A stretch of 64,000 nt of DNA from an uncultured Candidatus Saccharibacteria bacterium (GTDB taxonomy: Bacteria > Patescibacteriota > Dojkabacteria > J137): NCBI GenBank assembly GCA_965230975.1, contig OZ246402.1:864859-928858 (forward strand), in the 5' to 3' direction. The notes under the pieces are model-generated. The model made no database searches and was not told the DNA's origin. It was given only the letters and a program-made list of their open reading frames with translations. This document shows, one piece after another, positions 49,033 through 59,016 of this stretch; the stretch's first letter is position 1, and each line of letters begins with the position of its first letter. The translations under genes and the position numbers were made by a program.

Positions 49033-50820
49033 TTAAGCTTTTATCCTGCTACTTCTTAAAGCATTCATAATCACGCTAAAATCAATCGCTTCTTGAATAA
49101 ATGCCCCAACAACAGGAACAATAAATCCAAAAGATGCAAAAATCATACCTATTATGCTTAAACCAATTCCAAAGTAAATACTTTGCATTGCAATATCAAT
49201 TGTCCTTTTTGAGATTGAAATAGACTTTGTAACAGCCTCAATATCACCATTCAGAAACACAATATCTGCCGCTTCTGAAGAAGCTGTATGCTCCTCGTTA
49301 CTAAACACCATACCTACATCTGCCATTGCCAAAGCAGGGGCATCGTTAACACCGTCACCAACCATAGCTATTGTTGCGCCAGTAGCTTTTAAACTTGCAA
49401 TACCGTTCTTTTTATCTTCGGGCTTACATTCCGCTTTAACATCTATATTTAAATTCAAATCTTTTAAAACCTCTTGTGCTTTTTCAAGCTTATCACCTGT
49501 AAACATAATCATTTTAATCTTCATTTTTTGAAGCTTAACAAAAACCTTTTCTGAGCCTATCTTTGGCATATCTTTAAAATGAAATACAGCCAAAAGCATA
49601 TCTTCTGAATACATTTGAATATCACCTTCTTCTGTACTTTTCTTGATAGTATATTTTTTACCGTTAACTACAGCTTCTATTCCAACCCCTAAAATCTCGT
49701 TTATATCTTGTGCTACTAATGGTGTTATTTTCATGTCTTTAGCCTTATTTACGATCGCTTTTGCAAATGGATGTAAAGAGTTACTTTCAATTGCAGCTGC
49801 AATTCCTAAAAGTTCCGTCTGAGAATATGTTTTTTTAATAACTTCTAGGTTTACTAGTTCCGGCTTTCCAATAGTTATTGTCCCAGTTTTATCAAAGATT
49901 AAAGTGTTTATTCTAGATAAGACTTCAACCGCTGCGCCATTTTTAATAATTATTTGATCTCGTGCTGCAGAATTTATTCCACCAATTAAAGCTATTGGTG
50001 TGGCTAATATTAGTGGGCAAGGTGTGGCAATTACTAATACTGCCAATACACGATTTATATCTCCGCCTGAAAATATAAATGCAAATGCACAAATTACAAA
50101 GGTTATTATTGTAAATATTACGCTGTATTTATCTGCCAATCTTACTAGTGGGCTTTTGTTTTCTTGTGCCTCTTTAACCATCTCTACAATTTTTTTGTAG
50201 GTAGAATCTTTCTCTTCTTTTGTGACTTTTAATTCAAAGGCGTTACCTAAGTTTACTGTTCCACTTCTTAGTAAGTTTCCTGTTAGTTTATCTTGAGGTA
50301 ACGATTCGCCAGATAGGCTTGATTCATCGATTAGTGCGGTTTCGCTTTGCAAAACACCGTCTAGTGGGATTACTTCTCCTTTTTTTACAAGAATTACATC
50401 ATTTACTTTTGCATCTTCTATTTTAATTTCTGAAATTTGACCATCAAGTAATATATTTACTTTATTTGGGATTCTTTCTGCAAGTTTGCTTAAAGATTCT
50501 TTTGCTTTGTTCATTGCAAATCGTTCTAGAGAGTTTCCGCCTGCAAGCATTAATACAATGACTAGTGCTACTAAATATTGTCCTGTTAAAACTCCTGTTG
50601 TTATTGCAACTATTGCGATGTAATCTAGGGCAAATCTTCTTTTGATTAACGATTCTAATGTGTCTTTTATTAGCTCTAAACTTCCAATAACAATGGCTAT
50701 TAACTGAATAGTTGTAATAAGGTTTGAGTTGGCTTTAAAACCTGTTAATATTAATGATATTATTATTGTAAAGACGACATATAAAGGTATAGCAAACTCT
50801 TTGATTATTTTTTGAAGCAT
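49033..50820 (-). CDS. Heavy-metal-translocating P1B-type ATPase
   Basis: SGES, TPCPL, FDKTGT, HP, TGD, MVGDGVNDAPAL; no N-terminal metal-binding domain. Confidence 0.92.
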   Translation of the reverse strand: MLQKIIKEFAIPLYVVFTIIISLILTGFKANSNLITTIQLIAIVIGSLELIKDTLESLIKRRFALDYIAIVAITTGVLTGQYLVALVIVLMLAGGNSLERFAMNKAKESLSKLAERIPNKVNILLDGQISEIKIEDAKVNDVILVKKGEVIPLDGVLQSETALIDESSLSGESLPQDKLTGNLLRSGTVNLGNAFELKVTKEEKDSTYKKIVEMVKEAQENKSPLVRLADKYSVIFTIITFVICAFAFIFSGGDINRVLAVLVIATPCPLILATPIALIGGINSAARDQIIIKNGAAVEVLSRINTLIFDKTGTITIGKPELVNLEVIKKTYSQTELLGIAAAIESNSLHPFAKAIVNKAKDMKITPLVAQDINEILGVGIEAVVNGKKYTIKKSTEEGDIQMYSEDMLLAVFHFKDMPKIGSEKVFVKLQKMKIKMIMFTGDKLEKAQEVLKDLNLNIDVKAECKPEDKKNGIASLKATGATIAMVGDGVNDAPALAMADVGMVFSNEEHTASSEAADIVFLNGDIEAVTKSISISKRTIDIAMQSIYFGIGLSIIGMIFASFGFIVPVVGAFIQEAIDFSVIMNALRSSRIKA

Positions 50821-50889
50821 ATACAAAAGTGCTGAATTATCTTTACTACTATAGCAGATTTAAAAAATTTTAAATATTAGATTAAGTGT

Positions 50890-51822
50890 ATGAATTTAGA
50901 TTTAGAAAAATATAATATTGATTTTGAAAGCTGGACTAATGAATTAATGGATAATGCTGAGGTTTATAATACTGTTGACGGAACTGCAGAAGCACTATCA
51001 GAAAATCATTACCCTGATATAAGAAAAGAAGATATGAGAATAGTATTTAAAAACATTGCATATGCAATAGCTATTTCATGCTTAAAATATGGTCTAGATG
51101 TAAAAACAGTTAGAGAGAAACTTTCAAAGATCAGATTGAAGTTTACACCAAAGGTTTATTATGGTTCAGATAATTATGGAACGGGAGGAATTGAGTCTAC
51201 TTCTGTAAGACCTTATATTGAAAATTTAGGTGACTTCAAACTTGAGTATGACCTAAATTACCTAATTCAAGCTGCTGAAAATTTTAAGCTCGGACAAGAA
51301 TATCAACCTTCAATTGGTGCTACTGTTTTTACGACTTTCCATGAAATGCGTCACCTTTATAGATTTGAACAAACTTATAACGATTATTATAAATCTTCTC
51401 TAGATGCAGCAGCCCTCTTCGAATTATATAAAGGTCCAAATTATAGAATTATTATTTATGATTTTGTATATTTACCATCATTAGGTGAAATGGATGCTAA
51501 TACAGAAGCTAGAAATTTAGCACAATATATTGTAGACCACAGAGAAGAAGTAATGTTCGACAACTTAGTAATCGAAACATTAAGCGAATCTGTAGAACTT
51601 ACTTTAAAAGAAAAAGAAGATAGTGATTATAGGGTTTCTGAAATACTAGCATTAACAGAAAAAGACAAACATAATAAACCTATTCATAAACCTTCTAGTA
51701 TCGATCAGAATACAAAAGATAACCTTAAAGCTCTAATTCAGTTGTACGTCGATGGATTTATTCACAATAATCAACTTACACCTGAGAAAATAGCAGTACT
51801 CAAGTGGCTTGCAAATAATTGA
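50890..51822 (+). CDS. Hypothetical HExxH protein
   Basis: FHEMRHLY with a downstream EMDAN. Confidence 0.55.
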   Translation: MNLDLEKYNIDFESWTNELMDNAEVYNTVDGTAEALSENHYPDIRKEDMRIVFKNIAYAIAISCLKYGLDVKTVREKLSKIRLKFTPKVYYGSDNYGTGGIESTSVRPYIENLGDFKLEYDLNYLIQAAENFKLGQEYQPSIGATVFTTFHEMRHLYRFEQTYNDYYKSSLDAAALFELYKGPNYRIIIYDFVYLPSLGEMDANTEARNLAQYIVDHREEVMFDNLVIETLSESVELTLKEKEDSDYRVSEILALTEKDKHNKPIHKPSSIDQNTKDNLKALIQLYVDGFIHNNQLTPEKIAVLKWLANN

Positions 51823-51843
51823 AGCATGTTATTTAATTGTAAG

Positions 51844-52671
51844 CTAACTATTCCTTGGTGTATTCAAAACCATTTTCTTCTCTTTAGCCACCATGGTTTT
51901 AAATACGTTGAAAAGAACCAACCACTGTTCGAATGTAATTTGCGAAGGCTTTAATTCAAAATTAATACCATACTCTTTAGCCATAATACTTAATTGAGTG
52001 TGAGTAAAAAACCTTTTTAAAACAGATTTAACATTAACCTTCCAATACAAAAAGCAAAAAGAAACAAACTTTGTATACTCATCTTTGTCCTCTAAAGGTA
52101 TAAGTGGAGAACTAAGCCTTTTAATTCTAATTAACATACTATCTACATTGGGCCTAGGATTAAACTCAAAACTTGGAATATTTTTAATAATTTTAGATTC
52201 AAAAAATGGCTTATATTGCAAAGCAAAAAAGTTCTCGTAATCTCTTGTAACTAATCTTAACGCAGCCTCTTTTTGCAAAATCAAGTAAGTATCGACTGGT
52301 GGATTTCTCCATTCTAAAATTCTTCTAATAATATCTGCAGTTAATGCAAACGGAATATTACCAATAATTTTATAATCACCACTTTCTGGTAATTTATACT
52401 TTAAAAAATCTTCATTAACAAAATCAACATTCTCTGAATAAAAATTGGCAGATAAATCTTTAAAAAGATTAAAATCTAATTCAACCCCAATAAATTTATT
52501 AACCCTACCAATAATATTTTTAGTTAAAGCACCTGTACCGGGACCAATTTCTATAACTGTATCTTTTTTTGAAAGGCGCATTTCATTAACCAGCTTGGTG
52601 GCCAAAGTAGAGGATTTTATAAAGTTTTGAGAATACTTAATGTTATACACGTGTTTGTGATAATGACGCAT
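51844..52671 (-). CDS. erm: rRNA adenine N6-methyltransferase, Erm-like
   Basis: YSQNF, IEIGPGTGALT, GNIPF, FNPRPNVDS, and an Erm-like C-terminus ITFEQWLVLF; KsgA not fully excluded. Confidence 0.7.
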   Translation of the reverse strand: MRHYHKHVYNIKYSQNFIKSSTLATKLVNEMRLSKKDTVIEIGPGTGALTKNIIGRVNKFIGVELDFNLFKDLSANFYSENVDFVNEDFLKYKLPESGDYKIIGNIPFALTADIIRRILEWRNPPVDTYLILQKEAALRLVTRDYENFFALQYKPFFESKIIKNIPSFEFNPRPNVDSMLIRIKRLSSPLIPLEDKDEYTKFVSFCFLYWKVNVKSVLKRFFTHTQLSIMAKEYGINFELKPSQITFEQWLVLFNVFKTMVAKEKKMVLNTPRNS

Positions 52672-52706
52672 GGCAATAAATTAACAAATAGAACAGTGAA
52701 AACTGC

Positions 52707-52742
52707 TTATCTAGTTTTGTTATTTACTGTTGATACGTTCAT
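52707..52742 (-). CDS. Putative erm leader peptide MNVSTVNNKTR
   Basis: 11-codon uORF ending 35 nt before the erm start, overlapping complementary segments. Confidence 0.5.
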   Translation of the reverse strand: MNVSTVNNKTR

Positions 52743-52768
52743 TATGAGGCGTAAAAAATTAACACTGA

Positions 52769-52797
52769 ATTATACCCTTTACCGGGTTGCCTTACAA
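52769..52797 (-). promoter_or_regulatory. Sigma70 promoter for the leader peptide and erm
   Basis: TTGTAA-17 bp-TATAAT on the minus strand. Confidence 0.6.
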
Positions 52798-52890
52798 AAA
52801 CTTTCCAAAAATACTTATCTGCTATCCTGGTTCTTATTGACTTAAATAGTTTATTGCACTATTATTCAGCACTTATTATCAATAAAGATT

Positions 52891-53463
52891 ATGCCCAATC
52901 AAAATGTACGAACGGATCTTCTAAACTCCGTTTATCAGGAATTAGATGAAGCTAAGTTAAACGAATTGAAAATTAAATTTGAAAATGAGTTCCCAAATGA
53001 AGCTCGAATGATTGGGGAAATAGCATCTTTAATTGGTGTGTTGATTGGTTTATCAAAAAAAAGTTTAAGATTTAAAAATATGATGGGTGAATTATTAATG
53101 CCATGTGACAAAATACCATTTAGATTAAGTAAAGCAAGCTATATTTCTAATCCTATAAACTTCTATAAGAACTATCCCTTATATTTCTCTATATTAAGAC
53201 AACTCGCGAACATCCTTAGTGAAAGCAATTTTACACCTAGAACTCACTCACAAACTCAAAACCAAGAATTAACCTTTCAAATTGAAGAATCAATAGCTCA
53301 AAAAATAAGTGATATAGTACCTTTATTGAATCTGTTAATAAATTGGGCCAAACCTCAGCAAACGGGGTATGTAGAAGGACTTGAAACTAATGCTTCCCGT
53401 ATGAGTGCCGTATGGGTAGGCAATGGTGGCAGAACTACAACTTATAGACAACCTAGAGACTAG
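52891..53463 (+). CDS. Hypothetical protein
   Basis: ORF only. Confidence 0.6.
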   Translation: MPNQNVRTDLLNSVYQELDEAKLNELKIKFENEFPNEARMIGEIASLIGVLIGLSKKSLRFKNMMGELLMPCDKIPFRLSKASYISNPINFYKNYPLYFSILRQLANILSESNFTPRTHSQTQNQELTFQIEESIAQKISDIVPLLNLLINWAKPQQTGYVEGLETNASRMSAVWVGNGGRTTTYRQPRD

Positions 53464-53477
53464 ATTAGTAATTTAGC

Positions 53478-54206
53478 TTATTTACCCATTCTTTTTACAG
53501 CTAAAAATACTATTTGAATAGTCAATAAGAGAGTGGTAACTAGTACGCTTAAGTTTATTAAAGATTGTTGCGGGAATTTAAGTGCGATTCCAACCACTGC
53601 CCAAATGATCACTAAAGGGTAAGTAATTTCTTTATACCTTATAATAAATATTGTACCCAAAACGCCCGCCACCAAAATTAACAAAGATGCCCATGTAGGG
53701 CCATCTAAAACTAATGTTTTAACAGAATAATAATCAAAAATTGCAGTAATATTTGCTATAGTAGCAACCGAAATCCACCCTAGATAAATACCAAATGGAA
53801 CAGTTGTAAACCATAAATTTAAATCTTTTGACTCTTTTAAAACCAAATAAGTTTTAATTAAAGATACTAATAAAATCAACATTAATGGCAAAGTAAAAGG
53901 AATCAATAACCAATGCCATAAAACAATCCAAAAGCTATTTGCAATATTGCCTATAACTACATATGGTGCTGCCTTTAATAAAACTTTACTGTCAGACCTA
54001 GCTTGGTAAAAGCTATAAGCTAACAAACCTAAATATATTACACCCCAAATTGAAAATACATACCCTGCAGGTACAAAAAAAACTTTAAAACTATCAGATA
54101 CAGCCGCAGTACTAATATTATTAAACGGAACTATATTAGCTAAAGAATTTATTACAATCATCAAGACAGAAGAGAGCACAACAAGCAGTTTGGAATATTT
54201 TCCCAT
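53478..54206 (-). CDS. TspO/MBR-related tryptophan-rich membrane protein
   Basis: FVPAGYVFSIWGVIY, N..W..LW, PFGIYLGWISVATIAN. Confidence 0.8.
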   Translation of the reverse strand: MGKYSKLLVVLSSVLMIVINSLANIVPFNNISTAAVSDSFKVFFVPAGYVFSIWGVIYLGLLAYSFYQARSDSKVLLKAAPYVVIGNIANSFWIVLWHWLLIPFTLPLMLILLVSLIKTYLVLKESKDLNLWFTTVPFGIYLGWISVATIANITAIFDYYSVKTLVLDGPTWASLLILVAGVLGTIFIIRYKEITYPLVIIWAVVGIALKFPQQSLINLSVLVTTLLLTIQIVFLAVKRMGK

Positions 54207-54271
54207 AATAGTTTAATAAGTAGATATATATAATCTTATTGGTTAATTAATATTAAGTCAATTTTAAAGTG

Positions 54272-54808
54272 CTAAACTGAAGTTCCAAGCTTTACTAAAA
54301 TCTCTTCTCTAAATTTCTTAATTTTAGGGTCAATAACAATTTTGCAATAAGGGTATTCTCTGTTCTTTTCATAAAATTCTTGATGATAATTTTCTGCAAT
54401 AAAAAACTTAGAAAATGGTGTTAATTCTGTAACAACTGGATCAGTATAGAGTTTTGAATCTGTAATTGATTTTATATATTGTTCTGCCTGCGATCTTTGT
54501 TCTTCTGTATGAAAAAATATTACAGATCTATATTGAGTACCTACGTCGTTACCTTGTCTATTTAAAGTTGTTGGGTCATGCATTCTAAAGAATACAAAAA
54601 GCAAATCTTTAAAAGAAATTTCAGATGGGTTAAACGTAATTTGAACTACCTCAGCATGCCCAGTATTGCCATTACTAACTTGTTCGTAAGTTGGGTTTTC
54701 TAAATTCCCACCCGAATAACCTGACTCTACCTTAATTACGCCCCTCAAATCTTTAAATATAGGTTCTAAACACCAAAAGCACCCTCCACCAAATGTTGCA
54801 AGTTCCAT
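54272..54808 (-). CDS. msrA: Peptide-methionine (S)-S-oxide reductase
   Basis: [44 protein letters not shown]. Confidence 0.96.
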   Translation of the reverse strand: MELATFGGGCFWCLEPIFKDLRGVIKVESGYSGGNLENPTYEQVSNGNTGHAEVVQITFNPSEISFKDLLFVFFRMHDPTTLNRQGNDVGTQYRSVIFFHTEEQRSQAEQYIKSITDSKLYTDPVVTELTPFSKFFIAENYHQEFYEKNREYPYCKIVIDPKIKKFREEILVKLGTSV

Positions 54809-54973
54809 AGTTGTTATATAAGAATTAAACTATTTCCAAGCAAAGCTGACGTATTAACTATACATTTATATTATCCTAAAATATTATTTTTGTGAAATAA
54901 TACATATTCCTAAATATTTTGTGCTTTCTTAATTGCTTGAAAAATGTTTTCAAAAAGATATACTTTTAATATT

Positions 54974-55936
54974 ATGAAATCTTTTAAAACTAATAAGTTA
55001 AAAAAACTAATTACTGCATTGTGTATTGTCATATTGGTAACACTTATCGTGTTATCCATTATTGAAATACCTTCAAAAGCCATTACCTCTCAGGTTTATA
55101 CAATGGAATATACTGGTCAATTTATAGATATTGGGAATATAAAAAGTTTCTACATAGACACTTTAAATGTTAGCGACCCAGTAATACTATTAGTTCATGG
55201 ATTTGGAGGTTCAGTATATTCATGGAGAGAAAATATTAAGTCGTTATACGAGGCGGGGTTTAGAGTTTTAGCCATAGATTTAAAAGGATTTGGATTATCA
55301 TCAAAAGCTTACAATGAAGATTACTCTCATAAATCTCAAGCGGAATATTTATATAAATTCCTGCAACAAATAGGTGTTAAAAAAGTAAACATCGTAGGCC
55401 ACAGTATGGGAGCTAACATTGCCACAATTTTTGCAATGGAATATCCAAATAATGTACAGTCTTTAGTTATAGTAGATGGAGCAATAGTTCAAGAAGATGC
55501 AACAACATTACCTTTTTTATTTGATATAAAGCCAATAAGAAACATTTTTAAACTAACTGTTCAAAATGTATTAAATAAAGAGAATTTTTCAGAGTTCTTA
55601 AAATCTGCATATGTAAATCAATCTGTTATTTCTAATTCTGTAATTGATAATTATTATATTCCTTTACAAACTAATAATTGGGAAGATGCTTTGATGGGAA
55701 TATCGAGAGATGGCTACAAAAACAAGATCCCAAAAAGTTTTGAAAGCTTAAAAATACCGGTTTTAATTGTTTGGGGTAAAAACGACCCGTGGATAAACAT
55801 AGAAAAGGGAATTAATTTAAACCAAGAAATAATTAATTCCAAGTTTATAGTTATAGACGGAAGTGGACATCTTCCAATGGAGGAAAAGCCAAAAGAATTT
55901 AATCAGACGCTTTTAGACTTTCTTGGTATAATCTAA
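54974..55936 (+). CDS. Alpha/beta hydrolase with N-terminal TM helix
   Basis: HGFGG, DLKGFG.S, GHSMG nucleophile elbow, WG..D, GHLP; upstream alternative start at 54944. Confidence 0.9.
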   Translation: MKSFKTNKLKKLITALCIVILVTLIVLSIIEIPSKAITSQVYTMEYTGQFIDIGNIKSFYIDTLNVSDPVILLVHGFGGSVYSWRENIKSLYEAGFRVLAIDLKGFGLSSKAYNEDYSHKSQAEYLYKFLQQIGVKKVNIVGHSMGANIATIFAMEYPNNVQSLVIVDGAIVQEDATTLPFLFDIKPIRNIFKLTVQNVLNKENFSEFLKSAYVNQSVISNSVIDNYYIPLQTNNWEDALMGISRDGYKNKIPKSFESLKIPVLIVWGKNDPWINIEKGINLNQEIINSKFIVIDGSGHLPMEEKPKEFNQTLLDFLGII

Positions 55937-55971
55937 CAACTTTGCATAAATATAACAGTACTTTAAAATAT

Positions 55972-56045
55972 GCGCCCGTAGCTCAACTGGATAGAGTACT
56001 TGTCTTCGGAACAAGTTGTTGGGGGTTCGAATCCCTCCGGGCGTA
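55972..56045 (+). tRNA. tRNA-Arg (anticodon UCG); CCA not encoded
   Basis: Acceptor GCGCCCG/CGGGCGT, D arm GCTC..GAGT, anticodon arm CTTGT-CT TCG GA-ACAAG, T arm GGGGG-TTCGAAT-CCCTC. Confidence 0.95.
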
Positions 56046-56074
56046 TTTACTTGATTACTTAAAGGGCAATCAAA

Positions 56075-56992
56075 ATGAACACTCAAAAATACTCTTTAAT
56101 GGAAGAATCTATCCACCAAGATGCCGTTCTTGGCCAAATAGATTTAGTATTAAATGAAATTATTAATGCAATTGAATCGGGTAAAATTAACGAAATTGAT
56201 AATCAAGTTATAGACAAATCTATTGAAGAACTTCAGGAATATCTCACCTCAGAATTCAATCTTAATACCGAACTTAACGCAAAAATAAGATATATAACTA
56301 GACTTTTGTCTAACCTACAACAAATCCAGGAACTAAACAAAAAACCATCTGTACAAATTCCTTACGCTCAAACATTTCTCTTACTTTTAGCAAGTATTTC
56401 GGCTTTATGTTATATAATCACTACCTCTAATTCACCACAGGTCTATGCTATTGCAAATAGAGTTAGAGAAGTAGCCACAATATTAGGTTTTAGCCAAAGT
56501 CTAAATCTAGAACTAGTTGCTAATGAGATTTATTCTTACATAATAGAACACAACTTGAATGAATCAAGCTGGTTTAAAGATACTAATTCTTTTTTTCATA
56601 CATCAGTAACCCCAGATGGAGAAGTTAGCATACAATTTCCTTTAAGTATAAGCACCGATTTATATTTTAGAGGTATTGACTTGCCAATAGGAAATTACCA
56701 AGGTAATGAATCCCAAAATATGTACTATGTTTTAAATATTGCACCTAACATGCCAATTGAAATGCTAGAAGCTCAATTGCAAAGTTTGGCTATAGAATAC
56801 AATTTAATTGGAGCAGGAAACGAATTATTAATATACATACCATACCCTCAAGATCAAAACATCTTATTAGCCAGATTAATCTTAGAGGATGGAAAAATAA
56901 AAGGGATAACCTCTCAAGGGTTTGATGGCACTTTAAGCCTAAGATTTGGGGATTTAATAGATGTTCAACAATTTAGCGGTGCTAGAGGCTAA
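56075..56992 (+). CDS. Hypothetical single-TM protein
   Basis: Helical N-terminus, TM at about aa 100-116. Confidence 0.65.
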   Translation: MNTQKYSLMEESIHQDAVLGQIDLVLNEIINAIESGKINEIDNQVIDKSIEELQEYLTSEFNLNTELNAKIRYITRLLSNLQQIQELNKKPSVQIPYAQTFLLLLASISALCYIITTSNSPQVYAIANRVREVATILGFSQSLNLELVANEIYSYIIEHNLNESSWFKDTNSFFHTSVTPDGEVSIQFPLSISTDLYFRGIDLPIGNYQGNESQNMYYVLNIAPNMPIEMLEAQLQSLAIEYNLIGAGNELLIYIPYPQDQNILLARLILEDGKIKGITSQGFDGTLSLRFGDLIDVQQFSGARG

Positions 56993-57000
56993 TAAAAAAA

Positions 57001-57333
57001 TTATTGCTCTAAATTGCTGATTTTATTGTCTTCATAATAAAAAGGATTTGGCATAGAGTAATCTCTTATCACTTGAAAAATAACAGATCCATTAGCACTA
57101 TCTATTTCTATTTCACCAACAGATGCTCTCTCAGATACACTAATCCCACTGTTTTTTAAATAATTTTGCAAGGATATTTGAATTTCTGACTCTGTAGAGT
57201 TAGTTGATAATCCTAAATAAGACAGGGAAACTCTAATGCTAAAAGGCTTTCTAGGAGGGAATAGTAATGAATTAAATCTTTGAGGTATTTTTACCCTGCT
57301 ATGTGTCATAAAATTTGTTGCTGTTTCGGTCAT
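57001..57333 (-). CDS. Hypothetical protein
   Basis: ORF; likely ATG at 57333 (MTETATN). Confidence 0.55.
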   Translation of the reverse strand: MTETATNFMTHSRVKIPQRFNSLLFPPRKPFSIRVSLSYLGLSTNSTESEIQISLQNYLKNSGISVSERASVGEIEIDSANGSVIFQVIRDYSMPNPFYYEDNKISNLEQ

Positions 57334-57592
57334 ATTTTTAAATTTAAAATAAAAATCTGAAAAAGCGATAGCCAAGTTACAGACAATATCTGTTTATTAA
57401 TTAAATTTGCGCATTGGAAATTTTACGCAAGTATACAAAACTTGCTTTATCTAATTACTTTAACTCCGGCTATGGTTCAAAAGATTTTGATGCCATTATT
57501 TGTCAAAGTAATAGTTAAAAAGTCGCGATCTTAGAATACAGGAATTCGACAAAACTTGTCAACTTTCAAGAACCTGAGACTGCAAGAAGCTT

Positions 57593-58054
57593 TTACTTAC
57601 TTGATTTTTGGAATTTAAATACTACCAATAAGATAAGTACTATAAATAAAAATGCCAAAAATGATAGAAATGGCAAAGTTATAAAGTTTAAGAAATCCAA
57701 TGGAATAATTTGAGATAAAGTCCAATCTATTTTAGAGCAATCTACACCACCTGTACAAACTACAAACGCATCTGGCATAGGGAACATTTGAGTTAACCAT
57801 TGGTAAAAACCAATAATTGCACCCGGAACACTTAAAGCCATTAAGAATCTTTTTGGAATTGGTTGTTTAGAACCAATAGCTGTAGCAGTTAAAAAGAAAA
57901 TAGGGTATAAGAATATTCTTTGATACCAACATAATGCACACGGCACCAAGCCTTGAATTTCACTAAAATATAAACTTCCAAAAGTGCCTAAACCTGAAAC
58001 TAAAAAAATTAAGTGAACGTAGTAATTTAAAATAAAATCTTTGAGTTTCTTCAT
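57593..58054 (-). CDS. dsbB: Disulfide bond formation protein (DsbB/BdbC)
   Basis: GSLYFSE..G..PCALCWYQRI, second Cys pair, four TM helices. Confidence 0.9.
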   Translation of the reverse strand: MKKLKDFILNYYVHLIFLVSGLGTFGSLYFSEIQGLVPCALCWYQRIFLYPIFFLTATAIGSKQPIPKRFLMALSVPGAIIGFYQWLTQMFPMPDAFVVCTGGVDCSKIDWTLSQIIPLDFLNFITLPFLSFLAFLFIVLILLVVFKFQKSSK

Positions 58055-58170
58055 AAAAAACAGAGTGATAATTAGTCTTTAAATAATACTTCAATTGACT
58101 ATTTCAAGCAATAATTGTGTTTAAAGTAATCCCGTGTATAATTTTAAGTTTAAATTTTCTTTTAAAAAAT

Positions 58171-58518
58171 ATGAACCCAACTACAAGTTTTGACAATCAA
58201 TTGCAACCTCAACTAGCTAAGAAAAACGAAACATTGTTAATCACTCTGATAGTTAGCTTGTCAAATACTCATCTAAATAAATTACAGAATAGAAGCACTG
58301 GCTCTACAGATCAAATAGAAGAAATACGAAATATAATTTTAAGTTTAAAGCCAGAAGTAGTTACAAAATTACTAAAAGATTTGCAAACAAATAAAATAAT
58401 TACCTTTGAAGAGGCTTATAAAGCGATACGAGATCTTTCAATAGATATGGCAAATATCAAATTAGATGAGGGTGGAATAGATCGACCAATAGATTTACTA
58501 ACTCAATTTGAACAATAG
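58171..58518 (+). CDS. Hypothetical protein
   Basis: ORF; likely ATG at 58171. Confidence 0.55.
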   Translation: MNPTTSFDNQLQPQLAKKNETLLITLIVSLSNTHLNKLQNRSTGSTDQIEEIRNIILSLKPEVVTKLLKDLQTNKIITFEEAYKAIRDLSIDMANIKLDEGGIDRPIDLLTQFEQ

Positions 58519-58599
58519 TAAAACCTTAATTAGTAATAAACACTATTTGCTGGTTTTGAAAGGTAGGTTTATTATAGAAGCATTTATTAATTAAGTTCT

Positions 58600-58929
58600 A
58601 TGCACTACTATAGTTACCCAGATGAAATTCAAGACGATAACCCTTTGTATAAGCATGCCCGAGCCTTTTCCGAACCTCAGTCTAGGGTGGGTAAATTAAT
58701 TGCAGAAATTTACGCTGTAATTGATAATCAAGATGATCAAACCACATACACTAATGCGGTTAAATCTTTTTCTGAAGAAGAGTGTGCACACATTCTTTAC
58801 GAATGGAGACTGCAAGACTTATATGGGAAAGATTGTGAAGCATTGAAAAGATTAATTGATCACACAATATATGTTAATTCTTTAAATACCAGGCGAAACA
58901 CATTCGAAAACAAGCCTTTAGAATCTTAA
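58600..58929 (+). CDS. Hypothetical protein
   Basis: ORF only. Confidence 0.55.
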   Translation: MHYYSYPDEIQDDNPLYKHARAFSEPQSRVGKLIAEIYAVIDNQDDQTTYTNAVKSFSEEECAHILYEWRLQDLYGKDCEALKRLIDHTIYVNSLNTRRNTFENKPLES

Positions 58930-59016
58930 AATTAAGCCAATTTGATATATTCAAATTCTCAAACAGATAACCTTCTGTTATCATACAATGTCATTATTTA
59001 ATTATATTTTTAGAGT

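Noticed and set aside
55942-56157. 71-aa ORF
   Set aside because: Overlaps tRNA-Arg and the next CDS; spurious
56046-59000. Integrated element at tRNA-Arg
   Set aside because: No integrase and no duplicated tRNA 3' end seen in the window
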